A DNA stretch of 63,945 nucleotides, the filler included, from Olpidium bornovanus S191 (Eukaryota > Fungi > Olpidiomycota): NCBI GenBank assembly GCA_017911155.1. It is 30 parts of 30 records of this genome, joined end to end, with 100 filler letters (N's around TTAATTAATTAA, not from the genome) between each part and the next. Parts side by side here need not be neighbours in the genome. Positions count along the whole stretch, not along the records: positions 51,484 to 53,264 come from JAEFCI010012473.1; positions 53,365 to 54,404 come from JAEFCI010008165.1; positions 54,505 to 56,249 come from JAEFCI010001099.1; positions 56,350 to 57,700 come from JAEFCI010005280.1; positions 57,801 to 60,012 come from JAEFCI010000637.1; positions 60,113 to 62,654 come from JAEFCI010002870.1; positions 62,755 to 63,945 come from JAEFCI010012430.1; 23 more parts are not named here. One strand, given 5' to 3'. The translations under genes and the position numbers were made by a program. The notes under the pieces were generated by a model. The model did not search any database. It saw nothing but the letters and a program-made list of their open reading frames with translations, and had not been told where the DNA came from. This document shows positions 51,772 to 63,945 of this stretch, in pieces (position 1 is the first letter of the stretch; the number at the start of each line of letters is the position of its first letter).

Positions 51772-53264
51772 CTATGCTCTCTGCTCTCCGCCGGCCTTTC
51801 TGCCAAAGCCCAAGCGGAACCCGAACGGCGCCTTCCCTTGCGACGGCGACTTCCCTCGCGACGGCGACTTGCCGCTGCCGGGAGCGTCGCCGCCGGCAGG
51901 GTTGTCCGGCAACGCCGGCAAGACGGCCGCGTCGGGGTCTTCGTTAAATGATGCCGTGCGCGCGCGGAAACGGACGAAGCCGAACCGCTCCATGGCGCCC
52001 TTCTTCTTCGGCGCGCTTTGCGGCGCGCCCGCGCCGCCGTCTCTGGCGTTGGCGGTGGCGTACGTGTCCCGATTCACCCGGATCACGCTGCCCGACCTGC
52101 TGTTGCGAACCGGCGCGGTGGCGTTCCGCACCAAGGGCGCCGTGTCCGCCCGCCGCCGGAAGCACACGTCAAACTCGACTGGAGGGTACAGGAACATTGA
52201 GAGCGGCGGCGGGACAGACGTGCAGGCGGAGAGTGCCTGCAGGTAACTTCTGACGGTCGCTTGGACCGCTCTGTCGTCTTCGCACATCTGGGAAACGTCT
52301 TGAGGTTTCATCGTTTTTTTTTTCCCGCGACCCGACCCGCGGAGGTAGGTGCGCGGCGTTAGGAGTCCCGTCGTGCCGAAAGCGTGCGGGACATCGTTTA
52401 AATACCAAAAGGTCTAACCAAAAAAGTCCTTGACCTCCTCTGGCGACAGGCCGACCTTAGCGCCGACAATGGCGGGGGTTTCATTGTTGTCGGTCTGGGC
52501 GTCGAGCCGCGCTCCGGCGTCCACAAGGATCATCGCCACTTTTTTCCGCTTTCGGGAAACGGCTTCGTGGAGGACTGTCCAACGGTGCTCCCCCTCGATG
52601 TCGCAGTCGATGCCTTGCATAAGGTACAGGTAAACGAGCTCTACCAGCCCTCGCCGAGCGGCCAGGTGGAACGCCGTGCTGCCTCGAGTGTCCGTTTGGG
52701 TGAGCGGAGCGCCGGCGAATATTAGTTGGGAGGTGATGTTGATGTCGTCCTGAACGAGCAGGCCGAAGTGAGTATTAAGTAGTGGCTTGTGGGCCGTGAA
52801 CCTTTGTGTTCGTCGTTTGGGAGCCGCGTGTGGAAGAGGGCGCGAGATAACGAACCAGATCTCAGCGGGTGCCGCAGCCGCCGAACCGCCATAACAAAAA
52901 AGGAAGAATGACATGCCGTCCGGAAAACCGACTCCGAACCTCTCGATTATGAGGTACACGCAGTCGGAATTTCGAACTGCCGCGGCGAATTCGGCCGGGT
53001 AAACCATCCATCTCCGCCTGTTTGCGTCAACGAGGTTTGCTTGCTTCTTCCTTTCCGACTCGCAAATCTCGGAAATGTCCTCCACGCGGTGTGAGCCCGA
53101 AACAGCACGCAGTAACGACAAGTCCAGCTGCTCTAAGTATTCGAAGTTGCCTGCCGCCGAAAAATTTGCTGAAGGCTGATTGGACGAGATGCTCGGTCGG
53201 TGCGACGAGACGCTCGATCGGTGCGACGAAACGCTCGGTCGATGCCTTCGAGAATCAACATGGA
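51772..53264 (-). CDS. Ankyrin-repeat protein, 5'-partial; exon structure tentative
   Basis: DTRGSTAFHLAARRGLVELVYLYLMQGIDCD, EHRWTVLHEAVSRKRKKVAMILVDAGARLDAQTDNNETP. Probably spliced to a low-complexity last exon at ~52300-51772. Confidence 0.8.
53183..53245. repeat. 21-bp tandem repeat x3
   Basis: Consensus gacgagacgctcggtcggtgc. Confidence 0.85.
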
Positions 53265-53398
53265 NNNNNNNNNNNNNNNNNNNNNNNNNNNNNNNNNNNN
53301 NNNNNNNNTTAATTAATTAANNNNNNNNNNNNNNNNNNNNNNNNNNNNNNNNNNNNNNNNNNNNCTCTATCTATATGGGACAATTTGTCTTGATCTAC

Positions 53399-53437
<39 letters not shown>

Positions 53438-53553
53438 GTTTTTTTTCCTACTGTTTACTTTGCCGTTTTGCCCTTCACCCTCATTTTTCCTTTTTCCCCC
53501 CTCCCCCCCCTCCCCCCCATCATTTTCGTAATCTCCCCTCATAGACAAGTAAG

Positions 53554-54358
53554 ATGCGCTCGCCGCCCGCCACTGGCCCGCCTCCCGCCGCCGCCGCCGC
53601 CGCCGATTTGGACGTCCGCGTCGAGTCGCGCGACGAGGCCGTCGACAGGTCCGCCGCCGCCTTCCCGCTGTCCGCCGCGGCACTCATGTCCCTGCTGGAC
53701 TTTACCGAGACCCCGCCGGAGGAGGTCAAGCGGACCCTGGCCCGCCTCGGCGGCGTCCCGGGCCTGTGCGCGATGCTCCGCGTCGATCCCGACCACGGCC
53801 TCTCCGACGCGGAGGTCGCGGACATAGACACCCCCCGCCGCCGGAAATACGGCGTCAACCAGGTGAGTGGAAAGGGGGTGTCGTTCTCTCCTTTTCTCTC
53901 TTTCTATCTATCCCTCTCTTTCTCTTTCGGCGTTTGTTGGATGGGGGGAACTGCCGCGGATAAAAAAAAAAGAGGTTTTCCGGATTCCGGTGCGGCGCCT
54001 CCCCTCCCCCTGGCCCCTTTTCCCCCCGGGAAAACTGACCCGCTTTTTCCCGCCCCGCTTCTCCGACGGCGCTTTTTGTCGCGACTGCCGCCGCCCGCCT
54101 CCGTTTCCGCCACAGCTTCCGCCGCTGCTCCTGCCGACTCTGCTGGAACACGCGATCGCCGCCTTCAAAGACGTCACCTTGATCGCCCTCCTCGTGGCCG
54201 CGGCGATTTCCTTGTGTACCGGCCTGTACCAGGATTACAGCGCTGACCACGACCCTAGAGAGCCGCGGATCCACTGGATCGAAGGCTTTGCCATCTTCCT
54301 CGCCGTGTTCATAATCGTCGTCGTCACCGCCGTCAACAACTGGAAAAAGGACGACCTG
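53554..54358 (+). CDS. PMC1: P2B (PMCA/Pmc1-type) Ca2+-ATPase N-terminus, 3'-partial
   Basis: LGGVPGLCAMLRVDPDHGLS...RRRKYGVNQ|LPP...AFKDVTLIALLVAAAISL...WIEGFAIFLAVFIIVVVTAVNNWKKD. Confidence 0.9.
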
Positions 54359-54504
54359 GTGAGTCCGGACGATCGCGGGCCCGATTCCCCCCCCCCCCTT
54401 CCCCNNNNNNNNNNNNNNNNNNNNNNNNNNNNNNNNNNNNNNNNNNNNTTAATTAATTAANNNNNNNNNNNNNNNNNNNNNNNNNNNNNNNNNNNNNNNN
54501 NNNN

Positions 54505-55443
<939 letters not shown>

Positions 55444-55949
55444 TTAATTTTTTTTTTTTTTTTTTCTTTTTGTTACTGACCGGGTGTTTCTTTGCCGCGT
55501 TTGCGCAAAGCCGAAAAGTCCCGTCGGCACACGAAAATTCCGTTTGGAGTCAGCGAACACAAAACAACAAGGCAAAAAACAACGGAACCAGCAAGTTACG
55601 CGGCTTTCCAGCCGTCCACGCGGCACCGTCTCTGCACGGAGTGCCGGCCACGCCGCTCGGGAATGCTGCTGCTGCACGCCGGCATCTGTCAGCCGGCTTC
55701 TTGCGCCCACGAGCTCCACCACGCCTTTAGGCAACTGCGCCGGCGCACCGTTATGTGCCACGAAAACATTTTACCCTGCCAGATCACATGATTAACATGC
55801 AGCTGACGGAAAACGGCCAGGAGGACGAAGGGTGATCTGTTGAACTGATTAGCGGGCTAAAAGCGGGGGCAATGGAACACGCCTGTGACCCCACCGTAAA
55901 CAGCCTTCTACACTGCGGGAAGAACTGGAAATAAATAAGGGAAAGCTGA

Positions 55950-56249
55950 ACAGGTGAAAAGTCCCTAGACCAAACCCCAGATGGAAAGGCTAAATCTGCA
56001 GTTGATTCATCTAATTTCCCAGCTTGCGACCACGCCTCTTTTGGCCAGAATATCCTTGGTTCGCGTTGTAGTGATTTCTGTCTTCCCCATTGCCTCCGTC
56101 CCGCACTTCATTGATTATTGTCCCAGATGCCCTGACACATTCCAAAGATGGACATCATATCAGCTGTTCTCACCAGGCAACGTACCCTATCAACCGTTGC
56201 TTAATTTCCACGCCTTCCTTCATCGTCTACTGGAACTGCGTGCCCATGA
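55950..56249 (-). mobile_element. Possible heavily decayed gypsy integrase N-terminus
   Basis: VHLWNVSGHLGQ* resembles HxxxxxGHLG, and KLGKL...FPSGVWSRDF resembles GxLxPLxxPxxPWxxxxxDF. Read across stops and frames. Confidence 0.3.
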
Positions 56250-57171
56250 NNNNNNNNNNNNNNNNNNNNNNNNNNNNNNNNNNNNNNNNNNNNTTAATTA
56301 ATTAANNNNNNNNNNNNNNNNNNNNNNNNNNNNNNNNNNNNNNNNNNNNACAAGTGTGAGGGACCTGGGGGTGTATCGTGGACGCGCCGGCGTCACTGAC
56401 GACTAATAGGGCAGGGGATTCACGCGGTTTCGAAAACGACGCAAAGCAAAACATTTGTCGCGGCCACATGCTGCCCAAATTCACCCAGGTACCAGCCCGG
56501 CATCATGCCGCGCGCTGATGTAAGATAATTTTCGGCCCGCAGGCGTCACCGGGCAAAACCCGTGACAGCGAGATTCTCGCCATGTCACGTAGCGCGACGG
56601 GAGGGCGTGTTTGCAGCGGCATCACGCGCCGGCGGGTGAGTGACGTTTGGACGCGCCGGGGTGTGGCCGCAACCGCATCGGGGTCCTCTTTTCACGGTCA
56701 AGCGCGACTTGCCCTCGACGGTGCGGCACGGGGCAGAGCCGGCCGCCTCGCTGTTTTGGGAGACGGTGCCTGTGCCAGCAGGTGAGCGATGGAGCTTGCG
56801 ATATCGGGGGCGATGCGGCGGGTCTTTTGCTTTTTGGCGCGGCGCTGATCATGCGTGCGGGTGTGTGGTGTAAGGTTCGACGCGCGCGGCGGAAGCGGCA
56901 TGTATTGATGCCTCTGGGGCCCCCGGCGTCGTGCGGAACACCGATGATGCCAATTACTGCCACGTGTTTCGGCCCTGCGCGTCGCGGCAGGCGAGGAAGA
57001 CGAAAAAAGAGTCCCGGTCCGGCGGTCGCACGTTCCCGCGCCTCAGTTGCCTCACCGTCGAGGGGAACTATCGCCCCCCTCCGCCGCCGGCGTCCGGCTC
57101 CTTCTGAAACGCCCCCGCCTGCCCTCCGAGGCTCCCCTCCACCGCCACTGGCGCTTCACCCCCCGGGCGTC

Positions 57172-57593
57172 ATGGCCGACGGCGAAAACACGAACTCTTC
57201 CTACGCCTCGTTCCCTTCTCCGTGGCAGGATCAAGCCGGAGGCGCCACCGCCGCCGCCGCCGCCGCACCCGCCGCACCCGCCGTACCCGCGCCCGCCGCT
57301 CCCGTCGGGAACGCGCCGCCCGGCGGACACGCGGGGAGCCCACGCCTGCCAACCTCGGGATACGACGATGCCTGGGACGCCGTCGGCCGCAGATACGAGG
57401 GTGGCTTGCGCTCCGCCGGCGGCGCGCCTGTCGCCTTGTCACGCCTGCCGTCATCGCAACCGTTGCCACGCCATGTTGCCGTGCCGCCCGAGCCTGATTT
57501 GGGTGAATACAACCGCGCGAGCTTGGGCGATTCGGGATCTCTCCATTCCTCGAAGGGCGACTTGGCACGCGAGGCTGCAGAACTATTGAAAGG
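57172..57593 (+). CDS. First exon of an unidentified gene
   Basis: ATG in GC-rich context (MADGENTNSSYASF...AREAAELLK), ending at a consensus GTAAGT donor at 57594. Confidence 0.6.
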
Positions 57594-57628
57594 GTAAGTC
57601 TGCCGGTATTGGATCATGGCGCCAGTCA

Positions 57629-57669
<41 letters not shown>

Positions 57670-57800
57670 CCGCCCCCCCCCCCCCCCCCCGCCCCCCCCC
57701 NNNNNNNNNNNNNNNNNNNNNNNNNNNNNNNNNNNNNNNNNNNNTTAATTAATTAANNNNNNNNNNNNNNNNNNNNNNNNNNNNNNNNNNNNNNNNNNNN

Positions 57801-58643
57801 CATGGAGATTTGGAGATGGCTGAGAAAAAGCTTCGTCAGGGCGGCGAACTTGGGTGTCGTCGTGGAATTCTTGAGCAGCGGCGTTACCAGACTCTGGCGG
57901 CGTGTTGGCACAGACACTTCGCCATTTCTGCTCACGCCGTCCTCGCAGTGGAAAAAAGCAAACGAGAGGAACAGGCGCTCCAGGTTTACGGCCCTCGCAA
58001 GGAACCTCAGCATTCCATCCTCCGTTATCGCACTCATCCCGTAGTTCGCCTCGCTGAGGCGCTGCAAGAAAAGGATCCTGAGGTCCCTGCAGCTGTCTGC
58101 GATGGAGGTGAGCATCGCGTCTGTCAGAAAGCACATCATCCACACGACCCTCAAATTCGGCAGCAGCTCCATGACCTCCCTAAAGGACGGCTCAGGTATG
58201 GTGACGTTCTTGTACACAATGGTTGGCACGCACTCAAGCCAGAGCACGCGGCAGAATGCGCCTATGCGCTCCGCCTCGGGCCAAATCTCGGCGCTGTCCT
58301 GGAGGAGACAGAGAAAGGACTCGAAGCGTGCCAGGGAGTTTCCCGCAAAGCGCAGGCTGCGCCCGCCCCAAAAGTGTTGCCGCAGGATGTGCGACCAGCA
58401 TCGGTTGACCCGTGCGTAGGCGAGCAGGTCGGCGTAGGGAAGGTAACTCGCAACCATGCGGAGGATCAGGGCCGGCGGGTTGGCGAAGGTCGGTCCTTGC
58501 GATCCCAACGGCGCCCGCGAGGGTGTCGGAGTGGAGGACCAAGGCGCCACGTCCGCGGTGTAACCTTTCCCACCGCCGCCGGCACCGTTGCCGCGCTGCT
58601 GTTTCCGCGCTGAGTTGAACTCCGGCGCGGCCCGCTTGGACAT
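57801..58643 (-). CDS. F-box / LRR protein, 3'-partial
   Basis: F-box FANPPALILRMVASYLPYADLLAYARVNRCWSHIL, then LRRs LLPNLRVVWM..LTDAMLTSIADSCRDLRILFL, ITEDGMLRFLARAVNLERLFL. Confidence 0.85.
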
Positions 58644-59517
58644 TGGGATGCCACTGCGTTGCGCCGAACCGGAAGGGCAAGGCGGACGGAATTTCCGTAC
58701 AACGGACGAGGGCCGAGGTCGGAACGGCGGAAACAGGTATACCTCACCGAAGTGTGCGGGAGAAGGAGTCCACGATGGCGCTTGCCCAGTACAAAAGGGT
58801 CGGCCAAGGAAACTTTGGGAGGTCGTGAGAGCGATGTCAAAGCCAGCTCTGGCATGTAGGGGCAGGCAGAGAGAAAAACGCCGACCAGGTCGAGGGTGTG
58901 CGCGGTAGAGGTCTTGGGGCCCGCAGCCACCAGAGGCCAAACGGCCGTTCGTGCGTGCGACTCACGAATGATTGAGGCTCAAAATGTGGCAGCCGGCGGC
59001 CTGCCGGGACGGCACGGTCGCGTTTGTCGTTTTGTGTGGTTGTTTTCACAGACCATCCTCTGCCACCTAATTGGTCCCAGGTGCCGGCCAAAAAAAGTAT
59101 CAGACAACAGACGACATTTATTAGACAGGGGATTAGATGGTTATTTTGTGTGCCGAGAAAATCAATTTTTAACTGTCAAAGAAGCGCAAGTTACACCATG
59201 TCACCAACTCCCCAGGCCATGCCCCGCTCCACACCTACCAAGAAAAGGGGATGCCAGCACTCAAACACCTCCCTGTAGCCAAAGACCTTGCTGGACCAAG
59301 GACCGGAGGCCTTTCTCAGCGGTGTGTTGGTCCCCAGCAACCTGGAACAAATCTCTGGCCATACTTTCGCAAACTGTTACGGCTATACAGGACTTCTCAG
59401 TGCCGCTGTGAATCAGGCGCAAGACAAGCGTTCCATCGGCAAACCCAGACGAGCAGGTGACCGAAAAACCTCAGGAGGCTCCGGATCAGCTGCCACTGTG
59501 CAATCCCATGCCGAGCT

Positions 59518-59919
59518 ATGGAGAAGGATAAGGCAGTTCACGTGGAGCTGAACGACAAAAAAATCACCGATACTTTTACCAAGAGCGAGACAGATAAGTA
59601 TATTGCTTTGTCTATTGCAGTATACACGTTATTACATGAAAATTATATGTCAGATGAGTATGATGTTGATAGGAGCCTGAGGAGGAGAGAGAGTCAGTTG
59701 TGCGGTTCACAACGGTCAGAAATTCCAGAACTTTGGGATCATGACTTCCCTCCTCGCCTTCCAAGGAAGACCCACATCGTCCATAGAGTTCTGCGTGAGC
59801 TTCAGAACAGCATTTATCTATTCAAGAGGATGCTTGGCTCACTGGTTCTCCTGATAGACACTCACATCATGAATTTAACCTTCCTTCCATTCCCCCCAGT
59901 CCTCTCCTCACATCTAACA
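59518..59919 (+). mobile_element. Possible copia RNase H C-terminus followed by an LTR (59664-59919)
   Basis: EKDKAVHVE....KITDTFTKS resembles the copia xxVxYxxTxxxxADxFTK end. The segment is bounded by TGTTGA...CTAACA. Confidence 0.4.
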
Positions 59920-60112
59920 AGACTGTCTCTCTGATAACTAAGGTTTTCCCAAATTCTCTTGGTTAGTCGCTATAAAGCGGGAGCGGTAAGGCGTCCAGGT
60001 AGCTGCTGCACGNNNNNNNNNNNNNNNNNNNNNNNNNNNNNNNNNNNNNNNNNNNNTTAATTAATTAANNNNNNNNNNNNNNNNNNNNNNNNNNNNNNNN
60101 NNNNNNNNNNNN

Positions 60113-62654
60113 CATGGACTTCCTCACCCTCTAGGCGAAGAGAGGCCCACTGATCCACCTCTAGTGGTGTAAGGTATGGGTTCCTTGACACAACTTCTCG
60201 CTGCAGTCTGACCGTCAATATAACGGCTGCAGCACTAAAGGAAACAATCCGCTTTTTGGTTTTGTTCCTTAGAGCCACCTGGGTTTGACCTGCTTCATAC
60301 GGCGAGACCAATTCTACCCGGTGATGCGCTGGCACCACGTGCAACCTGAACCTTTCGTCCGGTGTGAAAAACTTCGCTGGTAAGTCAAAGATCTTCGTTG
60401 CTCCAGGAGGTAAAGTGACGGTCTCTACCGCATAAACTTCCAGGGCACATTGTGCCTTTTGTACCAGGCGTCTAGCCCTGTACTTTGCATCCCGGTACTG
60501 ATATCGTACCGTTGGAGCAAAAAGATCGCTGCTGAGCGATTTTGAGTCTGGTGCGTGCCGCTCCACTCGTTCGGTGGGCGATACATTGGCTACCGTGGCG
60601 ACAGGTTTGCATCCCCTCTCGGCAGCCAATCCCACATCGCCCGGTGTCAGCGGTAAAGCCGACGCCGCAAGCAGATTGAGTCCGAGCAGCAGAGGAGGCA
60701 GGGCCGGCTTCGGGCCCGCAGGGGGCTCTGGGCGATCCGGTTGGTAGACAGGCTCGCGTGTCGCACTCAGACCGACGTCGGTAGTGCTACGACGCGGCCT
60801 CGGACCCCTCTGCAGCTGGCGCTGCACGCAAAAAGACGAGGAAAAAACGAAAAACGGAGGGCAGCCGACGCTGCTTGACCCGTAGCGGCGGCCGACGCCC
60901 CCGCTCGAACGGGACCGAAGGGGAATGCGACGCTCGAACAAGCCCGACGGCTTTGTTTATTTCGAAGCGAACGGATCGGCTATGGTAGAGTTTTGGGTGG
61001 TTTGCATTGCGTTCGACGTCGAGGTCTTTTGCGTTGGACAGAACAAAAGGGGTGGCGAAACCAAAACACTTCGAGCAAGCGGACGGCGTCGTTGCACGTG
61101 ACCCCGGTAGGCATCAGTAAAAGGCGGGCGCAAGCGAGCAACTCATTGCGCCGACTCTCAGCCACATCCCAGCCCTTGGCCATACTGTACTGACAGTACG
61201 TATGCACCATGTCCAGCGCAAATTCCTCGATACGCTCCTGGCGCATCTGCCACCTCCTGGTGGAAAATGTTCGCAGATACATATCCGCGGGGTTTCCGGT
61301 CGACGTCCCATTAAATGATGTGAGAAGAATTTCCGTCACGTTCTGCTGGAACGCGCCGTCTTCCGGGTCCAACTCCCCCGCCGTTCTGGCGTGGGTGGCC
61401 ACTGCCTTCCTAAGTTTTTCAGGCAAAAACTGCTCCAACTGCAGCTGCAGGGGTCTACCCTGGTGACCTCGTTGGGTCGCCTCCAGGAAGTAAGTTTCCA
61501 GGAATTCCTTCAAGTCCCCTCCTTTGATAAGTGTGAGGGTCAACTTACCGGTAATGATGCCCGGCTGCGCCGCTTCTCGCGGTCGTGCTTCTTGCCCCTG
61601 GCGACCTTCTTCGTGTTCTCGCTCTTAACGAGTAACAGCTTCCTGCCAGGGGGGCAACTCGGCCGCCCGCGCGTAGGAAAAGGGCGTCCCCGATGATGAG
61701 TCGACTACACTGCATGCGTGTCTTGTCGCTTCCCAGTCCTCTACCGCCTGGGTAAGGAGCTGTTGCTCCTGTTCACGCAACTGCGCGAACACACGGTCTC
61801 GTTCAGCCTCTAGCCGGCGTACACCGTCGGCGGCGGCGGCCGCATCGACGGCAGCCTGCCGCTCCCGCTCCTTTCAAGCGAGTTCCTCGGCTTCTCGCCG
61901 AGCGGCTGCCGCAATCTCCCCATCTTGCTGGAGCACGGCGAGCCTCCTCTGGTATTGTTCCAACTGCTGCTGGAACAGGAGGCGAGTTGCCTCCAACTTC
62001 TTTTGCGCCTCTTTCGCAATCTCGTTCCATCCTAATCATAGGAACGTCGGAAACGTCAAAGTCAAGGTTAGACTCCGTACTCTGAACAACCATTGTCGGG
62101 TCCGGGTAGTTTCTCAGCGCTGTCGACGGCGACTCCACCATGCAGGTATGCCCTCTCGGCATCCTCCCCGTCTTCTTCCGCGAAACGCGTCATCTGCATC
62201 GCAGCCATTTGCATGGTCAATGCCAGCTCGGCATTCCGCGCCTCCATATCGGCGCCCCAGCTCTGCGCCATGGCGGCGCTCTGCCTCTGCGCCGTTGCGG
62301 CGCTCTGTGCCGTTGCTGCGCTCTGTGCCGCTGCCGCGGCGCTCCCCGCCGCCATCGCGGGGCTCGGCACCATCTCGGCGCCCCTTCTCTGCGCCGTTGT
62401 GGCGCTCTGCGCCGTTGCCGCGGCGCTCCCCGCCGCCATCGCGGGGCTCGGCGCCATCTCGTCGCCCCTTCTCTGCGCCGTTGTGGCGCTCTGCGCCGTT
62501 GCCGCGGCGCTCCCCGCCGCCATCACGGGGCGTGGCGCCATCTCGGCGCACCTTCTCATGGCGCTCTGCGCCGCCGTCGCGGCGCTCCCCATCGCCATCG
62601 CGGGACGCGACGCCATCTCTGCGCCCCTTCTCTGCGCCGTTGTGGCGCTCTGCG
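60113..62654 (-). mobile_element. Decayed retroelement: repeat-rich leader, coiled-coil plus gag-like ORF, dUTPase-like remnant
   Basis: Intronless ORFs broken by stops and frameshifts: KKLEATRLLFQQQLEQYQRRL, KGGDLKEFLETYFLEA...RQERIEEFALDM, PLLLGLNLL, LEVYAVETVTLPPGATKIFDLP...QVALRNKT. Confidence 0.6.
62317..62654. repeat. 84-bp tandem repeat, about 4 copies, encoding a 28-aa unit on the minus strand
   Basis: ggcgctctgc recurs at 62401 and 62485. Unit SATTAQRRGAEMAPSPAMAAGSAAATAQ. Confidence 0.9.
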
Positions 62655-62754
62655 NNNNNNNNNNNNNNNNNNNNNNNNNNNNNNNNNNNNNNNNNNNNTT
62701 AATTAATTAANNNNNNNNNNNNNNNNNNNNNNNNNNNNNNNNNNNNNNNNNNNN

Positions 62755-63328
62755 CATGCAGCGGACGCTTTACCGCGTCGGCGACCGCGACGCGGAACCA
62801 GCCTTTGGCGGCGCGGCCCCCGCCGCGCTCCTGAAGTCTCCGCGTCCGGTCGTCTTCTCGACTCAGCCGAACGGAAGGCCGCCCGATCTTCACCCCGCGG
62901 ACGCCTTGGCGGCAGCGTCGGCGCTTCGCTCCCTGGCATCCGTGACGCGGGAAGCCCGACGCTCGGAAGGGTCGCAACACTCGCCTTCGTCGAGACGGTC
63001 CCACCCCTACGGCCAGCAGCGGCATCCGCCGGCGATAACCTCGGTTCCCGCGGAGTACTGGCGGACTACCAGATTTTCGATGCTCCGTAAACGAGACCGC
63101 CGATCTGATGACCAGCGGCGGCTCGCGGCCCCGCGCCCGCCCCGATCTTCGGTGTCCAGCGGCAGCACGATTTCGTCCGTGTTCAGCAGCATCAACAGCT
63201 CCACGATCGGCCGCGGCGTCAGGGGCGTCACGGCCGCTCTCGGATCGCGGATGGCGGGCGTCGGCGGCGGGGCGTCCAAGTGCCCTAAAAAAAAGGACTG
63301 CGTCGTCGAGGTGGGCGCAGAGTTGTGA
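62755..63328 (+). CDS. Last exon of an unidentified Ser/Arg/Pro-rich protein, 5'-partial
   Basis: Open from the contig edge to TGA at 63328, with GC3 bias. The track's ATG is only the contig-edge CATG. Confidence 0.5.
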
Positions 63329-63945
63329 TTTTTTTTTGGCGGAATCGTCAAGGTTTTTGTCGTTATCGTTGGTTTTTTTTTCAGCATCGCGCCACGTGAC
63401 CCAGTCCCACCAGCTCTCGGCTGGGCTTCCCTGCCGTCCGTCTTTCAGCATATCCCTTTGCTCATCCGCAAATTCCCCCCCCCCCCTTCCCTCCCTCCCC
63501 TCCCTCTCCCCCTTCCACACCCACACACTCTCACCCATCAAACTACTGTACGATACCTTACCTAAATGGATACCTCACGTTTTACGAACGTCGGATTCCG
63601 CCGACCCTCTTACCTTTCTCTCTCCGCCGTGGCAATTCGGCTGCCGACCCGCTTTACAAAACATTTTACAAAGCGGCTGCGCGTGTGGATTTGCCGTCTC
63701 TCAAAATTGGCGGCCGTTACCCCGGGCCAACGCGCAGCGTTTGCGCAGCATCGCCCTCCTTTCGCCGGGACGTATTTCCGCACGTGTGGTGCGTGGACGT
63801 TCACGCACGGGCTGTCCCGCACCCACCGGCGCGAGCACCGACGACATACACGGAGCCGAGAAGACGTTTTCCACAAACACGCTTTTTGTCTCGGCCGATC
63901 AAATAAAGGACCAGCACGCTGGACAACTGGGCGCGTTCCGCCATG

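Noticed and set aside
62317-62654. Tandem repeats (also 14634, 7577, 53183) as CRISPR-like arrays
   Set aside because: No unique spacers, no cas genes, eukaryotic context. These are ordinary minisatellites.

Overview
This is not contiguous DNA. It is 30 short contigs (about 1-6.7 kb) joined by 29 identical 100-bp spacers (44 N + TTAATTAATTAA + 44 N), so neighbourhood across a spacer means nothing and most genes are truncated. The source is a GC-rich, intron-rich fungus. Velvet, yeast-like H4, TRP4 and NCP1 occur together with animal-shared families (C12orf4/FERRY3, a DYRK1-type kinase), which points to an early-diverging or zoosporic lineage. The style resembles the Olpidium draft assembly, but that is unverified inference. 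Recognisable spliced genes: Ion_trans/voltage-sensor-like protein, FERRY3, RING-H2, perilipin-like, histone H4, DYRK, HP1/Swi6, TRP4, EFL1/RIA1, WD40, NADPH-P450 reductase, velvet, ICT1/Pth4-like GGQ protein, GNAT, ZCCHC9-like, ankyrin, PMCA Ca-ATPase, DIM1 and F-box/LRR. The rest is decayed transposons (hAT, Ty3/gypsy, Ty1/copia-like) and simple repeats. I found no multi-gene novel system. The best leads are FERRY3 and a DYRK1-type kinase in a fungus, the microexon voltage-sensor-like gene, LTR elements primed by half tRNA-iMet, a dUTPase-like remnant in a retroelement, and a hAT end abutting a perilipin-like gene. All family assignments come from my recall of motifs, not from database searches.
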